Source of the DNA: Eledone cirrhosa
Taxonomy: Eukaryota
Reading direction: 5' to 3'
Assembly: GCA_964016885.1 (NCBI GenBank)
Contig: OZ024760.1
Location: forward strand, 11,284,001-11,348,000
DNA length: 64,000 nt
Shown: piece after piece, positions 1 to 13,975 of the stretch
Numbering within the stretch: the stretch's first letter is position 1
Layout: each line of letters opens with the position of its first letter
The notes under the pieces: generated by a model
Database searches by the model: none
What the model was told of the DNA's origin: nothing
Seen by the model: the letters and a program-made list of their open reading frames with translations, nothing else
Translations under genes and position numbers: made by a program

Positions 1-58
1 AGGGCCGTGGCTCTATGCTGCAAAGCATGCTGTCCGACACTCTACCGACACTGCCAAT
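1..58 (-). mobile_element. 5' fragment of the main tRNA-derived SINE, cut by the window edge
   Basis: Reverse complement matches the head of the full copy at 14339-14560 (ATTGGCAGT.TCGGTAGAG.GTCGGAC...CATGCTTT.CAGCATAGAG...CGGCCCT). Confidence 0.75.
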
Positions 59-154
59 ACTATTAATAATCAGTTATCTATATAGCTGAAAGATGTGTGA
101 TAACACACCATCACCCACGCGAAGATCCCCTGATTATACAAGGGAAATACTACG

Positions 155-194
<40 letters not shown>

Positions 195-705
195 GTACTA
201 CTACTACTACTACTAATAATAATAATAATAATAACAATAACAATCTATTTATGTAACTACTTGTTATTCTGGTCCCTAAAGTCAAGGAAAGGGAACGTAC
301 ATCAGGATATTAAATTCCTATTTACCACAGTGGGAAATTTTGCACATTTTGTTTTTAGATATCACGCGCGAAAAATTGCATAACACGAACAACTCGTGAT
401 AGGGTTTATTAAGCAAGTTTCCTCTAAACCTTGATGCAAAGGAAAAAAAAAGATGAGCTGACCCCTACTCCCACCCATAAGAAGGCCCCATTCTCACTGC
501 AGAGAACCGGAATCTAATATCCTGGCAAATTCCCTATACATAGTTTTCGATGAAGAGAAGATATTCTATTTTCTCTAATATCCTTTGTTATTCACACATG
601 CAACTCTGCACACATTAGATACAGGTTTTGGCACTAAATAATAGAATAGCTTTTTGGTAACTACAGCGTTTGTAGAAAGAAACCCCCTATTTTAAATTGT
701 TATAT

Positions 706-736
<31 letters not shown>

Positions 737-894
737 AAATATAAAAAAAATAATGAATAAAACAAAGAAACAGTTCCTTATATTAAACAAAAAAAGTTCA
801 TTATTTAACGATCGTTTCTAGGACATATATGTGTTAGAATTGGCATGCATATTCAAAAGATCTATGTACAAAATTATACAAACTATCAAGGAGA

Positions 895-963
<69 letters not shown>

Positions 964-966
<3 letters not shown>

Positions 967-1330
967 CGTTTCTGAGTTTGTTTAGCAAGATTCTTTATCT
1001 AAAAACGTGTGTTGAAACCGATAGTGTTATACTTTGGGAGGGTCATGTTGCCAATAAGAAACACACGCACCAACCAGTTGTTTTCACTTCAATTCAGAAA
1101 CAAGATGGCGTAGGACAGAACAAAGGAGAGGCACAAAAACAAAGAAAAGAATCCCCAGTCACTGAAGAGGTCACAGAATGTGTGACGAAAGAACTTTGAC
1201 AATATATAAACAACCATCTGGTTGTGGAACCAACCAACTAACCGGAAATTTATAAATTCCTAAATTTATAAATTGATTATAATAAATTGAAGTGAAAGCA
1301 ACTGGTGCGTGTGTTTCTTATTGGCAACAT
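964..1330 (+). mobile_element. Family A short non-coding element with inverted 5' segment, embedded in (TA)n
   Basis: Homologous to 12231-12544 and 23248-23433. Segment 964-1093 is an inverted copy of the element's 3' part. Both ends abut (TA)n. Confidence 0.75.
1158..1200 (+). ncRNA. Type I hammerhead ribozyme motif (family A)
   Basis: GTCA-CTGAAGA-G-GTCACA(gaatg)TGTGAC-GAAA-GAAC-TT-TGAC: stem I GTCA/TGAC, 6-bp stem II, minimal stem III. Confidence 0.7.
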
Positions 1331-1392
1331 ATATATATATATATATATATATATGAATATATATATATATATATGTGTGTATATATATATGA

Positions 1393-1574
<182 letters not shown>

Positions 1575-1704
1575 ATATATATATATATGTGTATATATAT
1601 ATGAATATATATATATATATATTCTTATATATATGTGTGTGTGTGTATATATATATGTGTGTATATATATGAATATATATACATATATATAAATATATAT
1701 ATAT

Positions 1705-1945
1705 TGGAAAAGAATGAAACGAAATTTCATTTCTCACTCTTAGTACGGCTGATACCTAAATATATGTATGTATACGTACATACATATATGTGTACAGACG
1801 TACAGTAGTATGTATATATATACATACATGCACACATATATATATGTACGTATGCGTTTACCCAACATTTATTATAATGTTTGGTTTGTTTGTAAACAAA
1901 CAGCCCGAATTACGTCGTACAGTGCTCGGCAACCATCGTCGGTTT
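1705..1945 (-). mobile_element. 5'-truncated family F element (homolog of 53290-53603)
   Basis: Close similarity to 53290-53535 (AATGAAACGAAATTTCATTTCTCACTCTTAGTACGGCTG...). Flanked by (TA)n. Confidence 0.7.
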
Positions 1946-1957
1946 ATATATATATTC

Positions 1958-2034
<77 letters not shown>

Positions 2035-2214
2035 TCATTTTCCTGAAGATGTGAAACTATAGGTATTATATATGGTAGTAATAATTGGTAACTAATTATT
2101 TCAAGTTGTTCACATATGCATGAACCATTGTAACTGTATTTAAACGGACGTAGAAATCAAAGAATGAACGTAAGTTGTTAACCTTGGTCTTTTGTCATAT
2201 TGAATATATATATA

Positions 2215-2491
<277 letters not shown>

Positions 2492-2587
2492 ATAATAATA
2501 AATTTGAAGACTAAAATCCAAAGAGGGCTCGATAAGGATAAATATATATCAAATATATAAGAACCGTATAAATAAATATATATATTA

Positions 2588-2619
<32 letters not shown>

Positions 2620-2741
2620 GGTGAAGGCGTGTGGCTGAGTGATTAGAGAATTGGATTCGCAATCGTAAGGTTGTGAGTTCGATTCCTGGACCAGGTGATG
2701 CGTTATGTCCTTGAGCAAGACACTTTATTTCACGTTGCTCC
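2620..2741 (+). mobile_element. tRNA-derived CORE-like SINE
   Basis: A-box-like TGGCTGAGTG, B-box GAGTTCGATTCC, then TGTCCTTGAGCAAGACACTT resembling the CORE domain. A second, diverged copy lies at 40855-40978. Confidence 0.7.
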
Positions 2742-2969
2742 TTCTACCTGGATATAATATATATATGCACATATACACATATACACATATGTATACTTAC
2801 ATACATATATACATATATACATATATATATATATTCATATGTATATATATATAGAGAGAGAGAGACAGAGTGAGGGTAAGAGAGGTGTCTAAAAATCGCC
2901 AATCGCCATTACGTACATAAATCGATCTAAACGTGATCAATGGATGCTTAACGACATCGTTACATTTCA

Positions 2970-3615
2970 TACCACCTCACACCACCACCACCACCACCAC
3001 CACTCCACTACCACCACCACTCCACTACGACGGCCACCATTACCACCACCACCGCCACCACTACCACCTCCACCACTACTACTACTACTACTATTATTAG
3101 TACTACCACCACCACCATCTACTACTACTACATCCACCATCAACACTACTGGTGGCGGTGGTGGTGGTGGTCGTGATGTTGGTGGTGGTGATGATGTTGG
3201 TGGTGGTGGTGGTGGTGGTGGTGGTGATGATGATGTTGGTGGTGGTGGTGGTGGTGATGGTGGTGGTGATGGTGTTGATGGTGGTGGTGGTGGTGGTCGT
3301 GATGTTGGTGGTGGTGGCGGTGGTGATGTTGGTGATGGTGGTGTTGATGGTGGTGGTGGTGGTGGTCGTGATGTTGGTGGTGGTGGTGGTGGTGGTGGTG
3401 GTGGTGGTGATGATGTTGGTGGTGGTGGTGGTGGTGATGGTGGTGGTGATGGTGGCGGTGGTGGTGGTGGTGGTGGTGGTGATGGTGTTGGTGGTGGTGG
3501 TGATGGTGGTGGTGGTGGTGATGGTGGCGGTGGTGATGGTGTTGGTGGTGGTGGTGGTGGTGGTGGTGGTGATGATGGTGATAATGTTGGTGGTGGTGAT
3601 GGTGATGATGATGAT
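2970..3615. repeat. (CCA/CTA)n followed by (GGT/GAT)n trinucleotide microsatellite
   Basis: Visible directly. It explains the poly-Pro/Gly/Val ORFs. Confidence 0.9.
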
Positions 3616-3766
3616 AATGGCATCTATAGTGATGCTGGCAATAAAAATTGTGGTTATTGGTGATGAGGAATATGACAGCAGAAGAACTGAAGAGGAATTG
3701 AAAGATGAAAGAACTGGACTGAAAGAAAACTTTGTATATATATGTATGTGTCTGCGTGTGTATGTG

Positions 3767-3797
<31 letters not shown>

Positions 3798-3837
3798 ATA
3801 TATGTATGTGTCTGCGTGTGTATATATATATGTGTGC

Positions 3838-3891
<54 letters not shown>

Positions 3892-4546
3892 ATATGTATG
3901 TGTCTGCGTGTGTATATATATATATATATGTGTGTGTGTGTGCGTGTATATATATATGTGTGTGTATGCGTGGCTGTATATATATATATATTTATATACA
4001 TATATATATGTGTGTGTGTGTATATATATACATATATGTGTGTTTGTGTGAGGCTATATATATATATATATATATATATACATGAAATATTTGTGTACAC
4101 ATATATACCTCTATACACGCATGAATGCATACACACACACATGCGCACACACACACATACACACACACACACACACATACACACATATATATATATAGCG
4201 AATAACATTGAACAATAATCTAATCATTATTAGATTATTAAAGAGGAATTAGTCATCCATTTTACTGTTCGTGAAGAAGTTTGCTTTTGTAAAGGTAAAG
4301 AGTAATTTAGTGGACGAAGATTGAAAATATATCACCACCTTTTGTTAAAAATGTCAGACTTTAGTCACTTCGCACAATACATGAGAGATGTCGAATTACT
4401 CGTCTCTGACATTTTCGGAAAATTACCGCCAGTAAAACTTCTTCGTTTCTACCATTAAATATCCTTTTGTAGCTAACGTGTTACCTTTAATATAGTTTTT
4501 AAATTGAAAGTTGCGTTGATTCTTCATTCGCAAAGCCTATATTTAA

Positions 4547-4939
4547 CCCTTTAGCATTTATATTACTCTATATTTACTATTGTAATGTCACGGTAAACAC
4601 TTTATTCCACATAATTATCTCACATAATATATCACATAGCATTTATATCATGCTATATATACTCTTGTATGTTCACGGTAAACATTTTATTCCACATAAT
4701 TATATCACATAATATATCACATAGCATTTATATTACTCTATATATATACTATTATATGTTCACGGTAAACACTTTATTCCACATAATTATCTCACATAAT
4801 ATTGCATCTATGAGATTTTAATATTATTTATTTTGAAAATAATACCTTAACGTAAGTATGAGCAATCAGTTAAGGCCGGATTGAACAGAAAGAGGTGAGA
4901 GAATTCTGGCCGGATATGGCCGGTTTAAATGCTAAAAGG
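4547..4939. mobile_element. piggyBac-like MITE with an internal ~80-bp tandem triplication
   Basis: TTAA then TIR CCCTTTAGCATTTA (4547-4560); right TIR TAAATGCTAAAAGG (4926-4939, one mismatch); right TSD degenerate. Confidence 0.65.
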
Positions 4940-5099
4940 TTTCAAGCTTCAAGATGGTGGTGTCTTACAGAGAGTGAAGATATGCTTATGCTGGTGGTAA
5001 GGGAAAGTGGTGAGGTGATCGAATCATCGAATTATCGAAAAAAACAAAACATATGTTTTCGCCTGTTTTCAAAGTCCGGCAGTTACAAGAGCGGGGGAG

Positions 5100-5143
5100 A
5101 TCGTCCTGACGAGAACCAGTTGAGTTCGAAATGCATCGACGAT
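5100..5143 (+). ncRNA. Intact minimal type I hammerhead ribozyme
   Basis: ATCGTC-CTGACGA-GAAC(cagttga)GTTC-GAAA-TGCA-TC-GACGAT: perfect 6-bp stem I, canonical core, 4-bp stem II, palindromic stem III (ATGCAT), AUC cleavage after 5137. Stem I extends via GGGGGA/TCCCCC. Confidence 0.9.
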
Positions 5144-5435
5144 TATCCCCCCTTGCTTCTGCCAGGCACCGCCTGGCGTCGTTAACTGCCAGTGTGTTAT
5201 TCATAGCTACGGTTTTCTAAATGTTTATTTATAAACATACCGTATTTCTTTAGAAATACGAAATTCAAATACATATTTGTATACAACAATGTTCGAAGGT
5301 AAATTCTAATATATATATATATACATCATATATATATATATATATATATATAAACAAATAGTAGAAAGGAAAAAGATTTTTTTAGTAGAAAATGTTGAGG
5401 TTTTTTAGTGAAATTTCAAAGCATTAATTTATTTA

Positions 5436-5538
5436 TCCCGCCGAGGCTAACTTTGCCTTTCATCCTTACGAGGTCGATGAAATAAAGTACCAGTAATGTA
5501 CTGGGATAATTGCTGGCCTTGTGTCAATAGTAGAAACA
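5436..5538 (+). mobile_element. 5'-truncated tRNA-derived SINE with 13-bp TSD
   Basis: CCCGCCGAGG.TAACTTTGCCTTTCATCCTTACG.GGTCGAT.AAATAAAGTACCAGT core. Direct repeat ATTAATTTATTTA at 5423-5435 and 5539-5551. Confidence 0.85.
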
Positions 5539-5550
5539 ATTAATTTATTT

Positions 5551-5588
5551 ACAATACCGGTTTCAGCATTAAATGCATTGTCAATTGC
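5551..5588 (-). ncRNA. Type I hammerhead motif, U3-A8 core variant
   Basis: Minus strand: GCAA-TTGACAA-T-GCAT(tta)ATGC-T-GAAA-CCGG-TA-TTGT; palindromic stem III ACCGGT, GUA site. Confidence 0.65.
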
Positions 5589-5978
5589 GGATATGCAGAA
5601 TATTGTTAAGTTGCATATTTGTACAAACAGTGAAAATAATGATAATAATAAAAAATATATATAGAGAGAGAGGGGAAGAAAAGTTAATTTTCACATACGT
5701 TTTCCTTTAGAGAAGAAAGATAATTTGTCTGTCCATCCTTCTCTGCTAATGACTTGGTTGTGACTGGGGAGGGTAGAAGAAGAAGGAGGGGGAGGCAGGG
5801 GATGGTTGTTGTGGTTGCAGACTGCTATGTGAGACCCCTTTAATAGTGGATACAAGATTTGGCTGGGGTTGGTTTGAAAGGCTGGGTGACCTTAGAATTG
5901 ACCTTAGAGTTGCTTCTAAAAATATCTATTTGGGTATTTTTTCTTAGAAGAAATCATCAACATTGACCTTGTTCTTTT

Positions 5979-6365
5979 GCCACAAAGAAGATTCAGTGTT
6001 ATTGAAATATTAATTCCATCCCTAGCAGGAATTTTAGATTTAGGGGTAAAGGCCACAAAGAAGATTTAGAGCTATTGAAGTATTAATTCCATCCCTAGCA
6101 GGAATTTTAGATTTAGGGGTATGGAGGCCACAAAGAAGATTTAGAGTTATTGAAGTATTAATTCCATCCCTAGCAGGAATTTTAGATTTAGGGGTATGGA
6201 GGCCACAAAAAAGATTTAGAGTTATTGAAGTATTAATTCCATCCCTAGCAGGAATTTTAGATTCAGGGGAATGAAGAAAAAATGTTCTTTGTTACAAAGA
6301 GGGGTTCAGAGCCACTGGAATACTCATTCTATCCTCAGCAGAAAATTCCAGATTCAGGGGAATGT
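5979..6365. repeat. 75-bp tandem repeat, about 4 copies plus one degenerate
   Basis: GGCCACAAA recurs at 6051, 6126 and 6201. Confidence 0.85.
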
Positions 6366-6640
6366 AAAGCATTTAGTTTGACACCTGAATGCTTCCATTT
6401 ATCCGATTATCTTCGTGGAGGGACTTGCTGATTTGGGTGTGACTATGTGGTTGCTTGGTCTGCATTAAATAGATGTCAGAGGTTGCTGGAATCTTGGAGG
6501 AGGATACATCGCTAAAGGGTTAATTTGTCTAGGGTGTTGATTTTAAAGTGTGACAGCTTTGGTTTAGTCCGAAGTGGAAGCATTTAGAAGGGGTTCATAT
6601 TTGGCGATAAATTGAGATTCCTTGCTAATGTTGTATGTAG

Positions 6641-6716
6641 GAAGCGTTGTCTTTGAATTTGTAGATGGGAAAAATTCAAGAATTTTTCCCATCTACAAAT
6701 TCAAAGACACCGCTTC
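6641..6716. repeat. Fold-back inverted repeat with 30-bp perfect arms and a 2-nt loop
   Basis: TGTCTTTGAATTTGTAGATGGGAAAAATTC-aa-GAATTTTTCCCATCTACAAATTCAAAGACA. Confidence 0.9.
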
Positions 6717-7261
6717 AATTTCTCAATTATTATTTATATAGATCGACTGTTATTATAGTTGTTTTCTGCGCTTGGGACTAACACACTTTCAATGTTCAAT
6801 GTAGATATATATATATATATATTTTTCTTTCTTTCATTTATTAAGTTACTGTAGAGAGCGCTTTTGAAATATAGTCTCTTAAAAGGAGGAGGTAGTTCTT
6901 GGAATGGGGAGAGGGCTGGTTTGTTCCAAAAAAAAAATGTCGGATATTTATGAAGGACAAAAAACAACAACTCATTTACTATTTGGAGAAAATGGATTAA
7001 ATAATGATTGAATAGAGTTAAAACAGAATAGATATATATTTAGAAGGCTAATGTAGTAGCAGAGATAAACATGTAAATTCTTGGGGCTAATATAATCCTT
7101 ATCAGAATGGTAAATGTATAGTTGCTTAGTTACCAGCTGAGGATGTCTCTAAAAATATTAACATCACAATTATGTAATGAAATCGTGACCAACCAACGTA
7201 GTATTTACAATACTTTGTATCTTAAGACTGCGCTGATATTTTCTACATCAAATGAACTATT

Positions 7262-7332
<71 letters not shown>

Positions 7333-7507
7333 AATATATATATAAATATATTTATATATATGTACATATATACATGTATATATATATATATACATATATG
7401 TACATGTATGTATATATATATAAATATATATATACATATATATACATATATATATATATGTATGTATAAATATATACATATATGTATATGTACGTATGTA
7501 TATATAT

Positions 7508-7573
<66 letters not shown>

Positions 7574-7652
7574 ATATATATTATACATGTATATAGGTAT
7601 ATATATATATATATATATGTGTGTGTATATATATTATACATGTATATAGGTA

Positions 7653-7689
<37 letters not shown>

Positions 7690-7738
7690 TATATTTATGT
7701 AGGTATATATATATATATATATTATATATGTATATAGG

Positions 7739-7788
<50 letters not shown>

Positions 7789-8004
7789 GTATATAGGTAT
7801 ATATATATATATATATATAATTTATGTATATAGGTATATATATATATATATATATAATGTAGGTATGTATATAATAGCTTTCATCTATTAGGACAACAAA
7901 CTCTAGATATTTAAGGTCACCAATTTGGGGACTTCTCTATATATCTTAAAGCAAGGCTGATAATGGCTTCTACATCAAATAAACCATAAATATCACACAC
8001 ACAT

Positions 8005-8059
<55 letters not shown>

Positions 8060-8104
8060 TATATATATAAAAATATATATATAAATATAAATATATATAT
8101 ATAA

Positions 8105-8185
<81 letters not shown>

Positions 8186-8296
8186 TATATATATAAATAT
8201 ATAAATATATATATATAAAAATCTATATATAAATATAAATATATATATATAAATATATAAATATATATATATAAAAATCTATATATAAATATAAAT

Positions 8297-8442
<146 letters not shown>

Positions 8443-8471
8443 AATATATATATATATATATATGGATATAT

Positions 8472-8521
<50 letters not shown>

Positions 8522-8554
8522 GTATATATCTATATGTATATAAATATATACACA

Positions 8555-8920
8555 CAGAGGTTTTCCAAAAAAATATATACATACTTCAACATAAACAAAA
8601 GTGCATTAAAATATATTATGTTTTATATGCATTATCTAAATTACGTCAGTAATAACTGAGTTCAAATCTCGCCGAGGTTAACTTTGCCTTTCATCCTTAC
8701 GGGGTCGATAAAATAAAGTACCAGTAATGCACTGGGGTAATTGCTGGCCTTGTGCCTAAAGTAGAAACAATTATCTAAATTACGTCAACAGTTTTGGGGT
8801 CTTTACGTGCAATTGAATTATGTCTGTAGAATATTTTATTTTTGAGAAAGGCTGTGCATTCTAATAAATATTGCCTGTATAGGTAATGAAGGTGTGTATA
8901 CATTTTTGGGGGACAACCTG
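8555..8920. mobile_element. Tc1/mariner-type MITE interrupted by a SINE
   Basis: Imperfect TIRs CAGAGGTTTTCCAAAAAAATATATACATACTTCA and TGAAGGTGTGTATACATTTTTGGGGGACAACCTG, the right one followed by TA. Confidence 0.55.
8657..8769 (+). mobile_element. 5'-truncated tRNA-derived SINE with 18-bp TSD
   Basis: SINE core. ATTATCTAAATTACGTCA at 8631-8648 and 8770-8787. Confidence 0.85.
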
Positions 8921-8964
8921 TATAAATATATATATATATATATCAGGTAGGGTGTGGTAAAAAG

Positions 8965-11105
8965 ACGGAAAGACCCCGGAACAAATATCCAACACAGTAA
9001 AAGGGGACTACGGAAAGACTCCGGAACAAATATCCAACACAGTAAAAGAGGACTACGGAAAGACCCCAGAACAAATATCCAACACATTAAAAGAGGACTA
9101 CGGAAAGACCCCGGAACAAATATCCAACACAGTAAAAGAGGACTACGGAAAGACCCCGGAACAAATATCCAACACAGTAAAAGGGGACTGCGGAAAGACC
9201 CCGAACAAATATCCAACACAGTAAAAGGGGACTACGGAGAGACCCCGAACAAATATCCAACACAGTAAAAGGGGACTGCGGAAAGACCCCGGAACAAATA
9301 TCCAACACATTAAAAGAGGACTACGGAAAGACCCCGGAACAAATATCCAACACAGTAAAAGAGGACTACGGAAAGACCCCGGAACAAATATCCAACACAG
9401 TAAAAGGGGACTGCGGAAAGACCCCGAACAAATATCCAACACAGTAAAAGGGGACTACGGAGAGACCCCGAACAAATATCCAACACAGTAAAAGGGGACT
9501 GCGGAAAGACCCCGGAACAAATATCCAACACATTAAAAGAGGACTACGGAAAGACCCCGGAACAAATATCCAACACAGTAAAAGAGGACTACGGAAAGAC
9601 CCCGGAACAAATATCCAACACAGTAAAAGGGGACTGCGGAAAGACCCCGAACAAATATCCAACACAGTAAAAGGGGACTACGGAGAGACCCCGAACAAAT
9701 ATCCAACACAGTAAAAGGGGACTGCGGAAAGACCCCGAACAAATATCCAACACAGTAAAAGGGGACTGCGGAAAGACCCCGAACAAATATCCAACACAGT
9801 AAAAGGGGACTGCGGAAAGACCCCGAACAAATATCCAACACATTAAAAGGGGACTGCGGAAAGACCCCGAACAAATATCCAACACAGTAAAAGGGGACTG
9901 CGGAAAGACCCCGAACAAATATCCAACACAGTAAAAGGGGACTACGGAAATACCCCGGAACAAATATCCAACACAGTAAAAGGGGACTACGGAAAGACCC
10001 CGGAACAAATATCCAACACAGTAAAAGAGGACTACGGAAAGACCCCGGAACAAATATCCAACACAGTAAAAGGGGACTACGGAGAGACACCCGGAACAAA
10101 TATCCAACACAGTAAAAGGGGACTACGGAAAGACCCCGGAACAAATATTCAACACATTAAAAGGGGACTACGGAGAGACCCCGGAACAAATATCCAACAC
10201 AGTAAAAGAGGACTACGGAAAGACCCCGGAACAAATATTCAACACAGTAAAAGAGGACTACGGAAAGACCCCGGAACAAATATCCAACACAGTAAAAGGG
10301 GACTACGGAGAGACCCCGAACAAATATCCAACACATTAAAAGGAGACTACGGAAAGACCCCGGAACAAATATCCAACACAGTAAAAGGGGACTACGGAGA
10401 GACCCCGAACAAATATCCAACACAGTAAAAGGGGACTACGGAAAGACCCCAGAACAAATATTCAACACATTAAAAGGGGACTACGGAAAGACACCCGGAA
10501 CAAATATCCAACACAGTAAAAGGGGACTACGGAGAGACCCCGGAACAAATATCCAACACATTAAAAGGGGACTACGGAAAGACCCCGGAACAAATATCCA
10601 ACACAGTAAAAGGGGTCTACGGAAAGACCCCCGGAACAAATATCCAACACATTAAAAGGGGACTACGGAAAGACCTCGGAACAAATATCCAACACAGTAA
10701 AAGGGGACTACGGAGAGACCCCGAACAAATATCCAACACAGTAAAAGGGGACTACGGAAAGACCCCAGAACAAATATTCAACACATTAAAAGGGGACTAC
10801 GGAAAGACACCCGGAACAAATATCCAACACAGTAAAAGGGGACTACGGAGAGACCCCGGAACAAATATCCAACACATTAAAAGGGGACTACGGAAAGACC
10901 CCGGAACAAATATCCAACACAGTAAAAGGGGTCAACGGAAAGACCCCCGGAACAAATATCCAACACAGTAAAAGGGGACTACGGAAAGACCTCGGAACAA
11001 ATATCCAACACATTAAAAGGGGACTACGGAAAGACCTCGGAACAAATATCCAACACATTAAAAGGGGACTACGGAAAGACCTCGGAACAAATATCCAACA
11101 CAGTA
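8965..11105. repeat. 44-46-bp minisatellite, about 48 copies, with a 223-bp higher-order period in its 5' part
   Basis: Unit ACGGAAAGACCCCGGAACAAATATCCAACACAGTAAAAGGGGACT. Identical ORFs recur at 223-bp spacing (9087/9310; 9143/9366). Confidence 0.95.
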
Positions 11106-11570
11106 GCGACTCTGCCAAAATCGACCGAAAATGAGAGAGAGATGGGGTGGGGAAATCGACCCCAGTACTTGACTGGTACTTCTTTTGTCGACTGCGAAAG
11201 GATGTAAGGAAAAAGGACAATGGCTGTAGTTGAACTAACGAGGGATAGGCCCCGGAACATGAATCCAACACTCTTGCAACACTTCCAAATCCACAGTTGT
11301 AACGGCTTTATATACAAACAGTAATTTCCAACAAAGGTCGCCACTTAGACATCCATTGATGACAGAGCCACAGAATATATTTAAATGGAGCATGAAAGAG
11401 GTAGAATTACAAGATTCTTCTCCACATTGTTAGATTTCATACAGATATATATTTAAATTAATTAATATGCTTGACAACAAACTGTTTTTCTCGCGTCTTT
11501 TCCTTTCGGGCATCATTATATTTCAATATGTGTGTGTGTATATATATATAAAGCATATGAATATTCATAC

Positions 11571-11608
<38 letters not shown>

Positions 11609-11747
11609 CATATGAATATACATACATTTATATTTATATTTATATTTATAAATAATATATATATTGATACACACATAGATACACAAACGCGCATATATAT
11701 GTATAATATGTATATATCACTGTCGCTTTCTTCCTCACACGTTCATC

Positions 11748-11786
<39 letters not shown>

Positions 11787-11825
11787 CACAAAACACACAA
11801 ACACACAAACACACACACAGCCATA

Positions 11826-11866
<41 letters not shown>

Positions 11867-11937
11867 TGTGTACATATTTATATAATTACTTTTTATATAT
11901 AGACATATTATTATATATATATATCTAAATATATATA

Positions 11938-12019
<82 letters not shown>

Positions 12020-12158
12020 TGTGTGTGTGTGTTTGTGTGTATTGTGTATTTACAAGTAAACATATGTAACTACAACAATAGATGTAGATGAGCAGAAACG
12101 CATAATTCCATACAAAAACACGTGTTTACCTCCATGTTTGTGTATATATATATATATG

Positions 12159-12189
<31 letters not shown>

Positions 12190-12230
12190 ATATATATGTG
12201 TGTTTTTGTATCTATATTATATATATATTT

Positions 12231-12544
12231 ATGGCGTAGGATAGAAGAAAGGAAAGGCACAGAAACGAAGAAAGAAATCCCCAGTCACTGAAGAGGTCAC
12301 AGAGTGTGTGACGAAAGAACTATGACTATATATATATAAACAACTATCTGGTTGTGGAACCAACCAACCAACCAGAAATTTATAAATTTGTAAATTTATA
12401 AATATATAATAAATTAAATTGAAGTGAAAGCGACTGGTGCGTGTGTTTCTTATTGGCAACATGACCCTCCCAAAGTATAACAATATCGGTTTCAACACAC
12501 GATTTCAGATAAAGAATCTTGCTAAACAAATTCAGAAACGAAAT
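12231..12544 (+). mobile_element. Family A element carrying a hammerhead, ending in (TA)n
   Basis: Homology to 964-1330 and 23248-23433; shared 3' end ...AAATTCAGAAACGAAAT-(AT)n. Confidence 0.75.
12283..12327 (+). ncRNA. Type I hammerhead ribozyme motif (family A)
   Basis: AGTCA-CTGAAGA-G-GTCACA(gagtg)TGTGAC-GAAA-GAAC-TA-TGACT: 5-bp stem I, 6-bp stem II, CUA site. Confidence 0.8.
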
Positions 12545-12555
12545 ATATATATATA

Positions 12556-12604
<49 letters not shown>

Positions 12605-12636
12605 CACACATACATGCATATATATATTATATATAT

Positions 12637-12682
<46 letters not shown>

Positions 12683-12825
12683 ATATATATGTGTGTTTTT
12701 GTATCTATATTATATTTATATATATTCATATATATATAATATATATATATATATATACATACACACATACATGCATATATATATATGTATATATATGTAT
12801 GTATGTATATATATATGTATATGTT

Positions 12826-12863
<38 letters not shown>

Positions 12864-13157
12864 ATAACAAATCACTCTGTAACAAATTTAGAAATAGTAT
12901 TCTATCAGATTCATGTTCGGGGCAATAATATAATGAGGCATAATGATGGCTGAAAGGAAAGAATACTAACGTGGAAACTAGTGAGTGTATATATATATAT
13001 ATGTATATGTATATATATATATATGTATATGTATATGTATATATATATATGTATATATATATATACATATATATATGTATATGTATATATATATATGTGT
13101 GTGTGTATATATATATGTATATATATATATAAATGTGTGTGTATATATATATATATA

Positions 13158-13200
<43 letters not shown>

Positions 13201-13205
<5 letters not shown>

Positions 13206-13424
13206 GATGTGTAACGAAAGAACTTTGTTAGACTATATATATGTGTTTGTGTCTATATTATATCTGTATTTTTGACCGTTGGTCAGTCAATGGCAACATT
13301 GAGGTCCGAATAAATTAAATTAACCGATATAAAGGACACAGAAGCGAAAACCAACCAAACAGTGAGTGTGTTCTGTTATTAATTCTGGCAATATTATTAC
13401 ACAAATATGACCCTCCCCAAGTAT

Positions 13425-13430
<6 letters not shown>
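13201..13430 (+). mobile_element. Family A2 element, 5'-truncated inside hammerhead stem II
   Basis: Starts TGCAGATGTGTAACGAAAGAACTT; homologous to 55500-55800 and 42386-42720 (-). Confidence 0.7.
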
Positions 13431-13494
<64 letters not shown>

Positions 13495-13691
13495 GTTACA
13501 CAACAGTTAGTTCACCATACCGAGAACAATATATATATATTTGTATATATATAGCATTAAGGATACTATTTATGGTTATGTATATACTAAAACCTTTTAT
13601 AGTTATATATATATTATACCCTAAATAGTGAAAGAGTAATTTATTACTATATATATATATATTTATATATATAAATGTATATATATAGCTA

Positions 13692-13772
<81 letters not shown>

Positions 13773-13912
13773 ATATATATATGTATATATATATGTATAT
13801 ATATATATATATTTATATATAAAGATTTACATATACATAAAGCCACAGATATATATGTGGCAACCGGTCACGATGTGGCTCAATGAAGAATTAATATATT
13901 AAATAATCAGAG

Positions 13913-13975
<63 letters not shown>

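Noticed and set aside
2041-2135. CTGAAGA followed by an ATGTGAA/TTCACAT hairpin
   Set aside because: No correctly placed GAAA or stem I.
7135-7190. CTGAGGA...GAAATC
   Set aside because: Stems II and III cannot be formed.
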